64,000 nt of DNA from Camelus ferus (lineage: Eukaryota): assembly GCF_009834535.1 (NCBI RefSeq), contig NC_045700.1, positions 46,190,001-46,254,000 of the forward strand. Direction: 5' to 3'. Shown here one piece after another: positions 63,559 to 64,000 of this stretch (positions within the stretch are counted from its first letter, which is position 1; each line of letters opens with the position of its first letter). The notes beneath the pieces were generated by a model, which had not been told where the DNA came from, did no database searches, and worked only from the letters and a program-made list of their open reading frames with translations. Made by a program: the position numbers and the translations under genes.

Positions 63559-64000
63559 GACACACTGGCCTCGTCAGGTCTCCGGAGTTCTGGACACACT
63601 TGCTCTTCCCTCTCGAGTTACAGGGTCAGCAGTTGCATGTGAGCCTCTCCAGAGTGCAGGCCCAAGTCTGGGAGAGAAAATACATTGGGATGCAGTTCTC
63701 TCTGCTCCTTGGAACACAGGCTTAACACCAACTCCTTACCACTGTCATTAGTATTTTAACAGTATCCCTAGGGGTCAGTCTGCAGGCAGACTGTGTAAGG
63801 AAACTGTATGAAAATGGTCCTGCGTGGCAGGGTGACTGGGTCCAGATGCCAGTGGTGGTGGTGACTTATAATGGCTTTCCCAGGCCCCTCCCTGCTCTGT
63901 CCTGCCACCACCCAGCTCGTACTCTTAGCTTGCTCCTTGACTCCAGCCCTGGGTCATCCAGCCTGACTGGAAAGCCAGGAACAAAGGGGACAGGACACGT

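Noticed and set aside
46468-64000. RAPGEF4 exon 5 (KYRQYMAGLLAPPYG)
   Set aside because: Not found in the ORF track or by reading; intron 4 continues past the window.

Overview
Mammalian genomic DNA, not microbial: an internal 64 kb segment of RAPGEF4 (Epac2, cAMP-regulated Rap GEF) on the + strand. Four copies of a tRNA-derived SINE of the Vic-1 type point to a camelid host. Three coding exons are present (22005-22147, 25184-25272, 40017-40163; orthologous exons 2-4), encoding cyclic-nucleotide-binding domain A. A short ATG-CCC-TAC-AAG|GT unit at 46450-46461 in intron 4 matches the alternative first exon of the Epac2B isoform as I recall it. Exons 1 and 5 lie outside the window. The rest is intron, rich in L1, L2, MIR, MaLR/ERVL LTR and DNA transposon relics, with two assembly gaps. 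The most interesting structures are a 359-bp TSD-flanked mini-L1 joining the L1 5' end directly to the 3' end (possibly a retrotransposed spliced L1 RNA), two 5'-inverted (twin-primed) L1 insertions, a Gly59Ser change in CNB-A, the Epac2B exon with uORFs and a G-tract, a 32-bp minisatellite, a perfect 152-bp tandem duplication and two unidentified coding-like relics. Repeat family names and reference protein sequences come from memory, not from searches, and most repeat boundaries are approximate. I found no support for a wholly new biological system.
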